A stretch of DNA of 56,207 bases from an uncultured virus (IMG/VR IMGVR_UViG_3300044701_002219) (IMGVR_UViG_3300044701_002219), one strand, 5' to 3'. Positions 29,706-39,415 are shown, numbered from the stretch's first letter. Numbers and translations: made by a program. The notes: a model not told the origin generated them from the sequence alone.

Positions 29706-29976
29706 CTCTTACAAATTTTTTACTTATAGTTTCTACAGATCTTAAACCTAAAAATCCTAGGACAAAGCCTACAGATACCTGGTATTTAACATCCATTCTT
29801 GTTATATCTAATATGATGGGGGTGATATAGTTAGCACAAGCTACTCCGGATATCATGGAAAAAATAGTAGTTTTCCAAGTCTGGGCTGCGTTCTTGCCAA
29901 TCATAAGCAAAGAACCAAACAGGCCTGCTATAGAGATAGCTATGTTTATTCCCAACTGTTCTACAAATTCTTTCAT
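29671..29976 (-). CDS. Holin-like membrane protein
   Basis: IAGLFGS..G..ANYITP..GFVLGFLG pattern. Confidence 0.6.
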   Translation of the reverse strand: MKEFVEQLGINIAISIAGLFGSLLMIGKNAAQTWKTTIFSMISGVACANYITPIILDITRMDVKYQVSVGFVLGFLGLRSVETISKKFVRDAVKPVDKSSS

Positions 29977-29978
29977 AC

Positions 29979-29987
29979 TATAATATA
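29979..29987 (-). promoter_or_regulatory. Putative late promoter motif TATATTATA
   Basis: Only 2 nt before the ATG at 29976, which would give a near-leaderless transcript. Confidence 0.4.
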
Positions 29988-30019
29988 AGGATTATTGTGT
30001 ATATATCCAAATATATGTT

Positions 30020-31825
30020 TTACCCAGTAATCTTTTGTATGATAACATTCACATCACTAAGAGTAATATTCTGTGTACCTGTTTCGTTTCTAATAAATAC
30101 CTCAAAATAGTCTCCGGTAGATACCTGGATAATGTCTTGCACAGAGAAGGAGAAAGGTACGTTTAAGGTTGTTGTTCTTACTGATACAGCACTTTCTAAC
30201 TGTATTGCTCCATTTTCAGCAACACCTACACCCAATGTAGCACCACTTACGGTTGTGGAAATTGCTCCTACTATAGTAATAACAAATTCTGTGGTAACAG
30301 ATCCTACATAGGTAAGTCTATTAGTAACTGCAGTAGTCCACTTAGGTGAGTTACCCAGTCCTTGAATAGTTGTTCCGTTAGCTTTAAACCATACGTTCTG
30401 ATTACCAGCACCTATGGTGGTAACTGTAGCATTATTCTGCATGTAGTAGTGACCTACATTTGAGGTATTAGTAATACCTATGTTATTGATAAACAATGCT
30501 TCTAGAGATGTATGGTCTACACCAGCAAGGTAAGTACCACCACCTGAGAAATTACAGTATGTGAGAATGTAACCGTCATTAGGTACAGTAGCTAAGGCAC
30601 TAAGATTTATACCAGTCTCCCCTGCTAGAACAAGGAATGAGGAGTATATAACCCGGAATCTTCTAGTAATAGTAAGTGTTGATGGAAGTATAAATACGGT
30701 GCCTGCAGGATCACAGTTAAATAAACACTGACTAAACCCTACAGTACCTATGGTACCATCAAAGGTAAGATTACCTGAGTTTAGAAAGGCTGAGTCAGCC
30801 ATGATTACATTTGTGTAATCCTTGATAAGACCTACAGTATTACAATCTGTAAAGTTTACACCAAACCAGTCTAGTGCTGTAGTAGTAGCATCTCCATCTA
30901 AGTTAAGAGCTACATCTGCTTCTATTGTTATATTCCTCATAGGTAAAGAATAGATAGACGTGATGAGTGCTGTTCCCACGAGACCTGTAGATTTTATCCT
31001 ACAGTTTTCTGAGGATCCTCCTATTATAGTAGTGTTTATGCCGGCAACTATTCTGTCTCCTAGTAGGTCAATAACAGTAGTAAAGAAGTAAGTAGTATTA
31101 TCTGCTAGAGTAATAATTCCGGCAACAGGAGCAGGAAGATCTGCTAGAGTTTCTACAAATACTAGATAAGTAAGTAGAGGCTGATAAGTAGCAGCTGCAG
31201 TTGCACTAGTTAAATATGGAGTAAGTGCTGTAGCATCAATATATCCTGCCGGATTAGTAAGCGGATAATATGTAGCTGCAGCTGTTGCTGAAGTAAGGTA
31301 TGGAGCTAAAGCTGCTGAAGTTATATAACTCGCTGGGTTGAGTGTTAGAGGATAATACTGTAGATTATAGGTAGGTAATCCGTTTGCCCAGTTTACCCCC
31401 GGATTAGGATAGGTACCAGTAAGATCTCCGCCAGCGGGCCCTGAGGGAGAAGCAGAAGATCCAGTACCTAAAATCAATTTACCATAACCGGTATCTAAAG
31501 ACGTAGCGCTAGTAGCTTTACCTATAATCTGAACAACGGCTGTTCCCGTAGGCATAACCGTAGTAATTCCTCCAGGAGTCGTAGGATCAGCATAATAAGT
31601 AGCACCAGGAGTAAGTCCTGATAAATAATTATTTGCAAAACCTAAAGGTGTATATGTAGTAAGTTCTCCTGTATTTCGGGTACCATCTACATATCCTATA
31701 TAGTTTGTAAGAGAATTTATTATTCCCTTTCGTAGACCTAAAGTTCCTCTATATACGATTTCTACGGATACAAAATCCCCAGGTGATAAGCTTTCGAGTG
31801 CGTAAATAGGAGGACTTTGCATCAT
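30020..31825 (-). CDS. Tail fibre/spike protein
   Basis: 601 aa. GLTPGATYY and AGGDLTGTYPNP, repeated YLTSATAAATY..NPA.YI, beta-helix-like middle, C1q/TNF-like C-terminal end. Confidence 0.7.
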   Translation of the reverse strand: MMQSPPIYALESLSPGDFVSVEIVYRGTLGLRKGIINSLTNYIGYVDGTRNTGELTTYTPLGFANNYLSGLTPGATYYADPTTPGGITTVMPTGTAVVQIIGKATSATSLDTGYGKLILGTGSSASPSGPAGGDLTGTYPNPGVNWANGLPTYNLQYYPLTLNPASYITSAALAPYLTSATAAATYYPLTNPAGYIDATALTPYLTSATAAATYQPLLTYLVFVETLADLPAPVAGIITLADNTTYFFTTVIDLLGDRIVAGINTTIIGGSSENCRIKSTGLVGTALITSIYSLPMRNITIEADVALNLDGDATTTALDWFGVNFTDCNTVGLIKDYTNVIMADSAFLNSGNLTFDGTIGTVGFSQCLFNCDPAGTVFILPSTLTITRRFRVIYSSFLVLAGETGINLSALATVPNDGYILTYCNFSGGGTYLAGVDHTSLEALFINNIGITNTSNVGHYYMQNNATVTTIGAGNQNVWFKANGTTIQGLGNSPKWTTAVTNRLTYVGSVTTEFVITIVGAISTTVSGATLGVGVAENGAIQLESAVSVRTTTLNVPFSFSVQDIIQVSTGDYFEVFIRNETGTQNITLSDVNVIIQKITG

Positions 31826-32751
31826 AAAGACATCAACAAATCAAGAAGTTCTTGTTGTGGGAACATATCGGTTTTACCTGCTAATACGTTAGTGTGACTC
31901 CATAATCCCGGGTTAGCGCTAACATGTGGTACATTTAAAAAGTCAAAAGCATCTGCTCCAATAGACTTAACCATAGCAGGTAGACCTTTTCTTACATCTA
32001 TTCCGTCTCTATTAGCTACATAATATATAAGATCTTTAAGAATATCAAGCTGCTTATTAGAGTATTTATGCCAGAACTTATGTCCGCGGAAAGCTTTCTT
32101 AAGCTCTACAATTTGAGATGGGTGTACTTCTACTCCTACATAAGTATAAAATGAATTAGGTTTAAGGGGAACCCATACTTTATTTTTTGTATAACCACCT
32201 TTAGTTAATTGACCAAAGTTACATACTTCTACACCTACAGAGTTAGAGTGCATTATACCTCTACCAGTTCCCAAATGCCATCCCCATCCTCCTTCAGGAA
32301 ATGCTTGTACTAAAACACCATCTCTAGTATTATCATCTCCTTTAACAGACTGACCACCAATTACAAACTCAGTAGCAACCTCTCCTCTAGTATCTCTACC
32401 CCAAGCTTCAATAGTCTGAATAGGATTATGCCAACCAGCGGTATGATGTAAGAATAACCACTGTTTCTTAGTCGGCCCTACAAAGTATTCTCCTTTAGGT
32501 AAATATGATTTCTCTATAACAAGAATATCACTTAGCTTATCTGGAGTATCAGCTAAGTCTGTATCAATCAGGCCCATAGCTGCCTGTGTTTTAGGACCAA
32601 CTACACCATCAGCTGTAAGTCCATAAGTAGCTTGCCATATCTTTACAGTCTTTTGAGTCTCAGGACCAAATACCCCATCTGCTGTGATATTTAAAAATTC
32701 TTGTAGAACTTTTACATCATCTCCTGTACTACCTAATTTAAGTGTTTCCAT
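31822..32751 (-). CDS. Endolysin: PG-binding domain plus N-acetylmuramoyl-L-alanine amidase
   Basis: LKLGSTGDDVKVLQ..ADGVFGPET..ADGVVGPKT PG-binding repeat. LHHTAG, SVGVEVCN and SH..KTD are amidase_2 motifs. Confidence 0.85.
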   Translation of the reverse strand: METLKLGSTGDDVKVLQEFLNITADGVFGPETQKTVKIWQATYGLTADGVVGPKTQAAMGLIDTDLADTPDKLSDILVIEKSYLPKGEYFVGPTKKQWLFLHHTAGWHNPIQTIEAWGRDTRGEVATEFVIGGQSVKGDDNTRDGVLVQAFPEGGWGWHLGTGRGIMHSNSVGVEVCNFGQLTKGGYTKNKVWVPLKPNSFYTYVGVEVHPSQIVELKKAFRGHKFWHKYSNKQLDILKDLIYYVANRDGIDVRKGLPAMVKSIGADAFDFLNVPHVSANPGLWSHTNVLAGKTDMFPQQELLDLLMSL

Positions 32752-32752
32752 A

Positions 32753-32980
32753 TTATTCTGTTATTGGTGGTTCTGGTGGTGTTGGTGGTACCCACTCTAT
32801 GAGAGGCAGGTTTTTTACCCACATAAACTCAGGGTTTACACACTGATCTATCTCTTGTGTGCTTATGATCCAGTTAGGAGGTGTGTTTCCATCTTCTACT
32901 GGGTTAAAGTAACTATCAGGAGCAAACCATTGTCCTACTAGTTGATCTTTCTCTTCTACTGTTAATAGTCCTACTTCCAT
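32753..32980 (-). CDS. Small protein (possible fibre chaperone)
   Basis: 75 aa, directly downstream of a fibre-like gene. Confidence 0.55.
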   Translation of the reverse strand: MEVGLLTVEEKDQLVGQWFAPDSYFNPVEDGNTPPNWIISTQEIDQCVNPEFMWVKNLPLIEWVPPTPPEPPITE

Positions 32981-32992
32981 ATATATTTGTTT

Positions 32993-34636
32993 TTAAACTT
33001 GTCTACCAAGGGTTGTGTTAAATGTTTGAACAATAGTAGATAAATTAGAATTTTCTGTTGCACTTAAGCCTTCACAAAAAAAACTAAAGGCATGCTGCCT
33101 ATTTGAATATAAATTAGCAGTTCCTGTTCCATTTTCAGCACCTAAATAAAAACCGTATGTACCTACCTGTGTAGCATTTGAAGTGTTTGAACCTAAAGCA
33201 GACCCATTTTTATAAATAACCTGTGTAGTTGTTAAGTTTGAACAAAGAACATGTAAACCTAATGTATTAGGGTTACTAACTAGAATTCTATTTGCTGAAG
33301 TATTTGTTTGTCTTAAATTGTAACCTAGTGCAAGTGAACCGGGCCCGGCTGCCCATAGTTGTCCTGAAGGGTTGCCAGAAGCAGCACCATTTGTAACCCC
33401 AATATCTATGTAATTTCCTACACTATTTGTCCGTGAATAAAAACCAAAAGAGATGTTATAAACATTTGTGTAAACTGTTGCCGGTACTATAAATGTTTGG
33501 GCATAAGCGTTAGTACCATTTGGTAAAGCACCAGTAGAACTATGTGTCCAACCACCTACAAAATTTAGTCTAAATGCAGCATTAGTATCTTGAGGGTCTT
33601 TTAAGTTATATTTATGAGTTGTTGCAGTACCACCTACCATTGGATAAATAGCCTTCATCTTAGTCCACAAGTTAGCAGTCTTTAAATCAGAAACTAAAGT
33701 ATTTGTTGCTGTCTGGATTGTAGTATCTGTTATCTGAGTAGAGAATAAGAAAAGATTAGTCTCATTACTGTAAGCAGGATTGTAGTAGAATGACAGAGCA
33801 GGATTAACATTTCTACCTAGTTCATATTGATAACCTTCTACTATTTGATAAAACAACTGAGCTTCAGTGTCAGTTAATCCCTCTCCTATTGATGCAAATG
33901 CTTGTTCTCTTGCAGAGTTTCCAAAAGCAGATGTTCCGCTTCTATATGCTGCTAAGTATAGGATTTGATTTGTCAATCCTAAATTACTTGAAAGAGTTGT
34001 AGATGCTACCTGAGAACCATTTTTATACAGTTTGTGGTTGTTTATTGCTAGTCTATTACCAATGTAATGTCCTAAAGTATTAGTATTGACATATTGTATC
34101 CTAGATTGTGTATTTGAATATTGATCTGACACTGCAGAACCTACAGAACCGTTATAAGCTGATAATAAAAAACTTGAAACTCCACTAGCAAAATACCCCA
34201 TATCAAATTGGTTTCCACCTGTTGATTGTGTACGAGAGTAAACACTCACATGAGTGTTGTAAACAGTAAAATTTGCTGATGCTGATAAAAAAGTGTTTGC
34301 AAAAGTATTAGTACCATTAGGGAGCATACCTGTTGCCGAATGTACCCATCCTCCACTAAAGACTAATCTAAATGCTGCATCAGTATCAGCAGGATTTATT
34401 AAGTTAAATTTATGAGCTGTGGCAGTACCTCCAACAATAGGATATAAAGCTCTAAACTTAGACCATATACCAGCAGCCTTTAAGTTTACTACTAGATTAT
34501 TTACAGCAGTTTCTTGAGTAGAAGTAAGTGTTACTCCTGCAGCAGCTTCAGCAGTAAAAAATGCTTGAGCATCCGGATCATAAGGAGCCGAAGCAGTAGC
34601 AAAAGTTCCTGCACCTAATAATAACGGAGTACCCAT
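32993..34636 (-). CDS. Fibre/decoration protein with two tandem homologous lectin/LamG-like domains
   Basis: Two copies of LV..LK.A..W.K..A.YP.VGGTAT.HK.NL..P.DT.AAFRL.F.GGW.HS.TG.LPNGTN. Confidence 0.7.
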   Translation of the reverse strand: MGTPLLLGAGTFATASAPYDPDAQAFFTAEAAAGVTLTSTQETAVNNLVVNLKAAGIWSKFRALYPIVGGTATAHKFNLINPADTDAAFRLVFSGGWVHSATGMLPNGTNTFANTFLSASANFTVYNTHVSVYSRTQSTGGNQFDMGYFASGVSSFLLSAYNGSVGSAVSDQYSNTQSRIQYVNTNTLGHYIGNRLAINNHKLYKNGSQVASTTLSSNLGLTNQILYLAAYRSGTSAFGNSAREQAFASIGEGLTDTEAQLFYQIVEGYQYELGRNVNPALSFYYNPAYSNETNLFLFSTQITDTTIQTATNTLVSDLKTANLWTKMKAIYPMVGGTATTHKYNLKDPQDTNAAFRLNFVGGWTHSSTGALPNGTNAYAQTFIVPATVYTNVYNISFGFYSRTNSVGNYIDIGVTNGAASGNPSGQLWAAGPGSLALGYNLRQTNTSANRILVSNPNTLGLHVLCSNLTTTQVIYKNGSALGSNTSNATQVGTYGFYLGAENGTGTANLYSNRQHAFSFFCEGLSATENSNLSTIVQTFNTTLGRQV

Positions 34637-34639
34637 AGT

Positions 34640-35287
34640 TTATTTATAAAAACCGTTAGCTGATACATAAACTTCTGATCCTGTAGTAGTACATGATACC
34701 TCTAAAGGATTAGAGCCAGATAAAGCTAAAGGAGTAGAAAAGTTTATAGAAAATCCTCCACCAGCAGGTGCAGCATATCCTACATAAATTTTAGTTCCTC
34801 CTTCTAGTATATTAACTACAGTACCTACGGTAGCATGAGCATTAGTAACCAAAATCTGAGTTACATAAATTATTGTAGATCCACCAGCAGGAATCAAAGT
34901 ATAAGTTAAAGTATCAGCTATAGCTTCTACATACCCTGATACAGGGGTATCTGGTAAAATAGTAACATTTGTTGGAGCAGTAAAAGGAATAAGATCTGCA
35001 GCTGTAGGGGCTGGAGTAATAGTAGTTTGAGTAGTTTGATTAAACCACACAGTAGATGTTACAGTAGATGTTGCTACATCTATAATATCGTATCTTACTA
35101 CAATATCTCCTATAGCATATCCTGTACCAGCAGCAGTTGCCTCATAAGTTGTAGTTCTTGTTTCATAGTCTACTCCTGGTAAAGCATTAATGCTATTATT
35201 AATCTCACCCAATAACTGGAGAGTTCTTAATTGGTAGGGGAAGTTATTGCCCTGGTTACCTTGTGTTTTTAAATTTCCTACTGACAT
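34640..35287 (-). CDS. Structural protein with shared N-terminal anchor motif
   Basis: MSVGNLKTQGNQGNNFPYQLRTLQLLG N-terminus, near-identical to 35305-36627. Confidence 0.6.
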   Translation of the reverse strand: MSVGNLKTQGNQGNNFPYQLRTLQLLGEINNSINALPGVDYETRTTTYEATAAGTGYAIGDIVVRYDIIDVATSTVTSTVWFNQTTQTTITPAPTAADLIPFTAPTNVTILPDTPVSGYVEAIADTLTYTLIPAGGSTIIYVTQILVTNAHATVGTVVNILEGGTKIYVGYAAPAGGGFSINFSTPLALSGSNPLEVSCTTTGSEVYVSANGFYK

Positions 35288-35304
35288 GTTATATGTTTTA
35301 TATT

Positions 35305-36627
35305 TTATCTACTTATTTCTTCCCAATCCATAGAAGCATATATAAGTTCTGTATTTGTACTAGCTGCTACTACTAAAGTTATCTCATAAGAAGTGCTTGT
35401 AAAACTATTTCTTTCTAGCTGAAAAGCAAACAAAGCTTCTTTTAATATATCTAAGTTTACTGAGGATTGAGTACTTGAAGTAAGGAATCCTGATGCCAAA
35501 GTTCTACCTCCTGCAAAACTAGTTCCTGTGATATTATATTCTACAGCAGAGTCTACTGCAGCAGGAACCCATGCTCCCCCTGTTGTAGTACCAGTAGCTA
35601 CTAGCTTCCAGTTATAAATACCTGTTGCAACACCCATAATAGATAATGCTGTTAATATAACTACACCATCTAAATAGCCTGCTCTGAGTTTTATACTTAC
35701 AATAGGATATTCTACACCGGCAGTTGCTAAACTTGTAGGTGCTGTAATAGGAGTACCTATTGCTAATTGGGCACCTCTTAGTTCATAACCTCCTTCTGAT
35801 ATTACTGTAGAGCATACTTGTTTTAAAGTACTAGGATTAGTAGTAACTCCAAGATTTGTAATCTCATATCTTAAAGGTAAAGAAGCTGTGGTAATATAAG
35901 TAGAGGTAATAAGATTAGCATGATTAAATTTGTGACAAAGTATAAATTGCCCATCAATAACAAAACCTAGTCTTACAGTTCCTTCACCTAACCACTCTAT
36001 ATCAGCAAATAAGATCTGTGCTTTGGTTATATCAAGTACAATACCTGAAGGACCAGTACCATCCATCTTATCTACATTCCAAGAAGATTGGTTTACTACA
36101 CTTTCTGTAACAACACCTGTGACCAAGCTTCTTTCAACAAAGCTTAAAGTGTTATCATTTAGTTGAATATACACCCCATTTTGTGTACCAAAATATCCTA
36201 CTCTCTGTCTAAGGTTAGTCTGAGCAGGAGCCATTACAAAAGTGTTAAACACTAGTAAAGACTTACCTGGCTGATAAGAAAATACTTTTGTAGTTTCTCT
36301 TAGAACCTCAGAACCAGCAGCTGCAGTTACATTAAGGTTTACTAGTCCTTGATTAGCACTAAAAACTGCAGCACCACCGCTAGCTGTAGAAGTATTCCAC
36401 AGACCATTATCCTTATATCTATGAGAAGAATCAAATAGAGTTAAAGGACTAGATACTCTTAATCTACCAAAGGCATCATTAGCCATAGCCCCTACAGACT
36501 CAGAGCTTACAATAGAAGTAAGAGTATTAATACCTTCTTCAATGCCTCCTAGAAGCTGTAGATTTCTAAGCTGATAGGGAAAGTTATTACCCTTATTACC
36601 TTGGTCTTTAAGATTACCTATACTCAT
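35305..36627 (-). CDS. Structural protein (DAFGRLRVS family) with shared N-terminal anchor
   Basis: MSIGNLKDQGNKGNNFPYQLRNLQLLG, DAFGRLRVSSPLTLFDS, YQPGKS, IEWLG.G.VR.GF. Confidence 0.65.
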   Translation of the reverse strand: MSIGNLKDQGNKGNNFPYQLRNLQLLGGIEEGINTLTSIVSSESVGAMANDAFGRLRVSSPLTLFDSSHRYKDNGLWNTSTASGGAAVFSANQGLVNLNVTAAAGSEVLRETTKVFSYQPGKSLLVFNTFVMAPAQTNLRQRVGYFGTQNGVYIQLNDNTLSFVERSLVTGVVTESVVNQSSWNVDKMDGTGPSGIVLDITKAQILFADIEWLGEGTVRLGFVIDGQFILCHKFNHANLITSTYITTASLPLRYEITNLGVTTNPSTLKQVCSTVISEGGYELRGAQLAIGTPITAPTSLATAGVEYPIVSIKLRAGYLDGVVILTALSIMGVATGIYNWKLVATGTTTGGAWVPAAVDSAVEYNITGTSFAGGRTLASGFLTSSTQSSVNLDILKEALFAFQLERNSFTSTSYEITLVVAASTNTELIYASMDWEEISR

Positions 36628-36645
36628 AATTTTAGTTATATACTC

Positions 36646-37080
36646 TTAGCTTATTGTGTATAGCTCGTAGTAAATATAAAAAGAACCTTCACCTTCGTTA
36701 GCTCCAGGTCCTGCTGGATTAGCATTATAAATATTAATACCCAATCCATTAGGAGTTACAAATCCTTTTGGTAAAACATAAGGTATAACATTATCATCAC
36801 CAGAAGGACTATAATAAGGAGTAATCTGTACGTAGATGTTATCCCTATTAGCTGTAGTAAGAAGAAGTTCAGGATTATTTATCCACATTTGAACAAAGCC
36901 ACTATAATCACCAGCAGGTACTACGGCTGCAAAGTTTTGGATTTCTATAATACCTTTAAGAGTAGCAACCTGTACTACAGGTGCAGGTACATCAACATCT
37001 AATGTATAAAAAGCTGTTTGAGGGATAGGCTTGCTATCTATCTGCCAGTTATACTTTACGGGTACTTGGTATTCTTTCAT
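36646..37080 (-). CDS. Structural protein (MKEY..P..YNWQ anchor)
   Basis: N-terminus shared with 37238-37813. Confidence 0.55.
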   Translation of the reverse strand: MKEYQVPVKYNWQIDSKPIPQTAFYTLDVDVPAPVVQVATLKGIIEIQNFAAVVPAGDYSGFVQMWINNPELLLTTANRDNIYVQITPYYSPSGDDNVIPYVLPKGFVTPNGLGINIYNANPAGPGANEGEGSFYIYYELYTIS

Positions 37081-37086
37081 AATATA

Positions 37087-37218
37087 TTATCTAATAACTT
37101 TATCTGGAGCCGCGCCTTTAACAGCTCTTATTTTTTCATAAGCTTTTTTAGCATATTTCTCACCAAATCTTTTTACAAGTCTTTGGTATAAAGCATCTGT
37201 TGGAGTTTCTTTTGCCAT
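37087..37218 (-). CDS. Small basic protein, 43 aa (MAKETPTDALYQRL..)
   Basis: Read by hand. Fills the gap between two genes and has an A-rich start context. Confidence 0.6.
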   Translation of the reverse strand: MAKETPTDALYQRLVKRFGEKYAKKAYEKIRAVKGAAPDKVIR

Positions 37219-37237
37219 TTTATTTAAGTTTTAAAGG

Positions 37238-37813
37238 TTAGGGATAGATAGTTATTTCTAAAAGATTCTGTGTAGCAGCACCTAATGTATCATCTACAAA
37301 GTCTCCTGTTATTACATCTGTAGAAAGCATAACAGCAGCAAACGGAACAAAGAAAGGAAATGCTATAATATTATGACCTCCAGGGCCTGATGTAAAGAAG
37401 GTACTATTACTTACACTAAGCTGCACTTTATCTTGATCTAAGAAAACATCTTTATCAGCTATAATATAGTATACACCCGGAGAATCGTATACAAAACTAA
37501 AAGATACTCCTGTTTCGTTTACAAGAACTGTAGCTTGAGGAGCAGATGCTTCCACATCAATAACAGCTGTACCATTAGTCCAATCTGTAGGTGTAGTTCC
37601 GGTAGCAGTAAAAGGAACCCCGGCAGTTACAAATCCTACATTAGTAAAGTCATCTCCCAAAACCAGAGCATCAATAAGATATTCTCTTCCGACTACTAGT
37701 GTTCCGGATGTATTAGTAGATGCCGATTGTCTAAGACTAGCTACGTACTTCTTAATATAGGGATCAGATCCGTACTGCCAGTTATAATTCTTTGGCGCTT
37801 TGTACTCTTTCAT
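37238..37813 (-). CDS. Structural protein (MKEY..P..YNWQ anchor)
   Basis: 191 aa. LVVGREY.I..DFTNVG..F.ATGTTPTDW motif. First gene of the late arm. Confidence 0.6.
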   Translation of the reverse strand: MKEYKAPKNYNWQYGSDPYIKKYVASLRQSASTNTSGTLVVGREYLIDALVLGDDFTNVGFVTAGVPFTATGTTPTDWTNGTAVIDVEASAPQATVLVNETGVSFSFVYDSPGVYYIIADKDVFLDQDKVQLSVSNSTFFTSGPGGHNIIAFPFFVPFAAVMLSTDVITGDFVDDTLGAATQNLLEITIYP

Positions 37814-37838
37814 AAAAAATGGTTTATAGTATTATACC

Positions 37839-37847
37839 TATAATATA
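37839..37847 (-). promoter_or_regulatory. Putative late promoter motif TATATTATA
   Basis: Heads the entire minus-strand arm. Confidence 0.55.
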
Positions 37848-37879
37848 GTAAATATTTTATAAAAATACAACTTTAATCA

Positions 37880-37887
37880 TATCTTTG
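37880..37887 (+). promoter_or_regulatory. Bacteroidota sigma70 -7 box (TATCTTTG)
   Basis: Matches TAnnTTTG, 4 nt before the ATG at 37892. Confidence 0.6.
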
Positions 37888-37891
37888 TAAC

Positions 37892-38248
37892 ATGCGCCAC
37901 GAGATAAATCTAATAAACCTAAAGAAACAGAAGATAGGCGATGTAAGGCAGGCCTATATAGAAATGAACAGTAGATACATAAACTATGTTCTAGATTTTG
38001 ATACAGAACTGCCGGTAAGCGAGGACGACGAAGCCTTGGGTTGGAAAGACGAGGCCGTAATATTCAACACCATCTTTCTAAAAGAACACATCACCTCAGT
38101 AGAATTATCAACGCTGCCGGACAGCAAGGTAATAGTAGTCTGCATACAGAACTCCTCTATGGAAGAAATAAAGCTCTTCTATAAGAGAACAGATATAGAC
38201 CTAGCCTATATAATGAGAGATATAATCCTAGATTGGTTATTATCCTAA
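37892..38248 (+). CDS. Hypothetical protein
   Basis: 118 aa, preceded by a host-type promoter. Confidence 0.65.
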   Translation: MRHEINLINLKKQKIGDVRQAYIEMNSRYINYVLDFDTELPVSEDDEALGWKDEAVIFNTIFLKEHITSVELSTLPDSKVIVVCIQNSSMEEIKLFYKRTDIDLAYIMRDIILDWLLS

Positions 38249-38622
38249 TTTTTCCTTGGGTATAAGAGGTCGCTCTATATTAGAGGATGTTATGGGTATG
38301 GAGATCCATTGCATATTGGAGAATGTGATGGGGGCTCCTTAAGACCTCCCCCCCACAGTCAGCGTTCCGGGGCTACCCCCACCCTTCGCTGCCGGGAAAA
38401 GAAAATCCTAGAAAACATTTAAGAAAAAAAGTCTAGTGGAAAGTGTTGTTGCTTAGCTAGAAGAGACTGAGCTACTTGCTTTGGTTGTCCTTGGTGAAGA
38501 GAGAAGAAGTGTGGCCAGCGCACCAGGCCTCAGCTCTTCCTATATAATAGTATATATAGAAGCCTGAAGACATAACCCCCTTTTAATAGGAAATATTGTT
38601 TAACCATTTAAAACCTAAAGCT

Positions 38623-38688
38623 ATGTATACATTCGTAGACGGTGTATTGGTGTTACTTGAAGACGCCGTACAGTGGGACAAAAAGTAA
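38623..38688 (+). CDS. Mini-protein, 21 aa, MYTFVDGVLVLLEDAVQWDKK
   Basis: Has its own motif, A-rich start context and terminator. Paralogous to 39882-39950. Confidence 0.7.
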   Translation: MYTFVDGVLVLLEDAVQWDKK

Positions 38689-38697
38689 CCCACAAAG

Positions 38698-38726
38698 AAA
38701 TAGCCCGAAAGGGTTATTTTTTTTTT
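38698..38726 (+). terminator. Intrinsic terminator
   Basis: AAATAGCCC-GAAA-GGGTTATTT followed by a T-tract. Confidence 0.8.
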
Positions 38727-38766
38727 CCACAGGCTTTACCCCCTTTTACTATTAAAAATAAATCAT

Positions 38767-39102
38767 ATGGAAACATTAGACAAAGTACTTAAGTTGTTTG
38801 AACTAGGCCACAAACTACGTGTTGAAAAGAACTATCAGTTCGAGCCAAGCCTAACCTTAATCCAAAAAGAAACAGGGATAGAATTATCTAAAGATGATGA
38901 TATCCAAATACTTAAGGAGTATAGGAGTAAGTTGAGAACCATATCTGTTTGGGATTTTGAAGAACCTGAGTGGTATACGCTTGGAACAATCAACTACATC
39001 ACAAGCTTGAGGGCATTCTTATTAGATGTTATAAATAAGATAAGCTTCTTGAGAGAAGATAATGATTGGATACTAGTAGGCCTTGGCTTAGCCCATCAGT
39101 AA
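38767..39102 (+). CDS. Hypothetical early protein
   Basis: 111 aa, motif/ORF/terminator cassette. Confidence 0.65.
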   Translation: METLDKVLKLFELGHKLRVEKNYQFEPSLTLIQKETGIELSKDDDIQILKEYRSKLRTISVWDFEEPEWYTLGTINYITSLRAFLLDVINKISFLREDNDWILVGLGLAHQ

Positions 39103-39103
39103 C

Positions 39104-39133
39104 AAGAGAGTCTGCTATCGCAGACTTTCTTTT
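39104..39133 (+). terminator. Intrinsic terminator
   Basis: AGAGAGTCTGC-TATC-GCAGACTTTCT followed by Ts. Confidence 0.75.
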
Positions 39134-39172
39134 AACCCCCTTTTTTAGTAAACCATTAAAAACCATATAATT

Positions 39173-39412
39173 ATGAAAACGTCAGTAGCAACACTAGTAT
39201 TTATTATCGCCTTCTTTGGTATGTACTTCGTATTATCAGCCTTCGGCTTAGCCTTTGGTCTTGATTATAGCGAGTGTGTATCTCGAGTAGATTGGTTTAT
39301 CATCTATTCTCTATTCATTGGTTGGTGGTTAGCAGGTATCTTCGCACACGATGTGTATGAAGATATGGAAAAGAGAGAAGAAGCTGCGTGGAGAAATCGC
39401 AGTACCTTCTAA
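39173..39412 (+). CDS. Small two-TM membrane protein
   Basis: 79 aa with two hydrophobic helices, in a cassette. Confidence 0.65.
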   Translation: MKTSVATLVFIIAFFGMYFVLSAFGLAFGLDYSECVSRVDWFIIYSLFIGWWLAGIFAHDVYEDMEKREEAAWRNRSTF

Positions 39413-39415
39413 GAT

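Noticed and set aside
831..32941. Plus-strand ORFs antisense to late genes (e.g. 831-1088, 2972-3400, 6836-7222, 10919-11227, 19566-19976)
   Set aside because: Shadow frames of well-supported minus-strand genes, with no start context or recognisable motifs.
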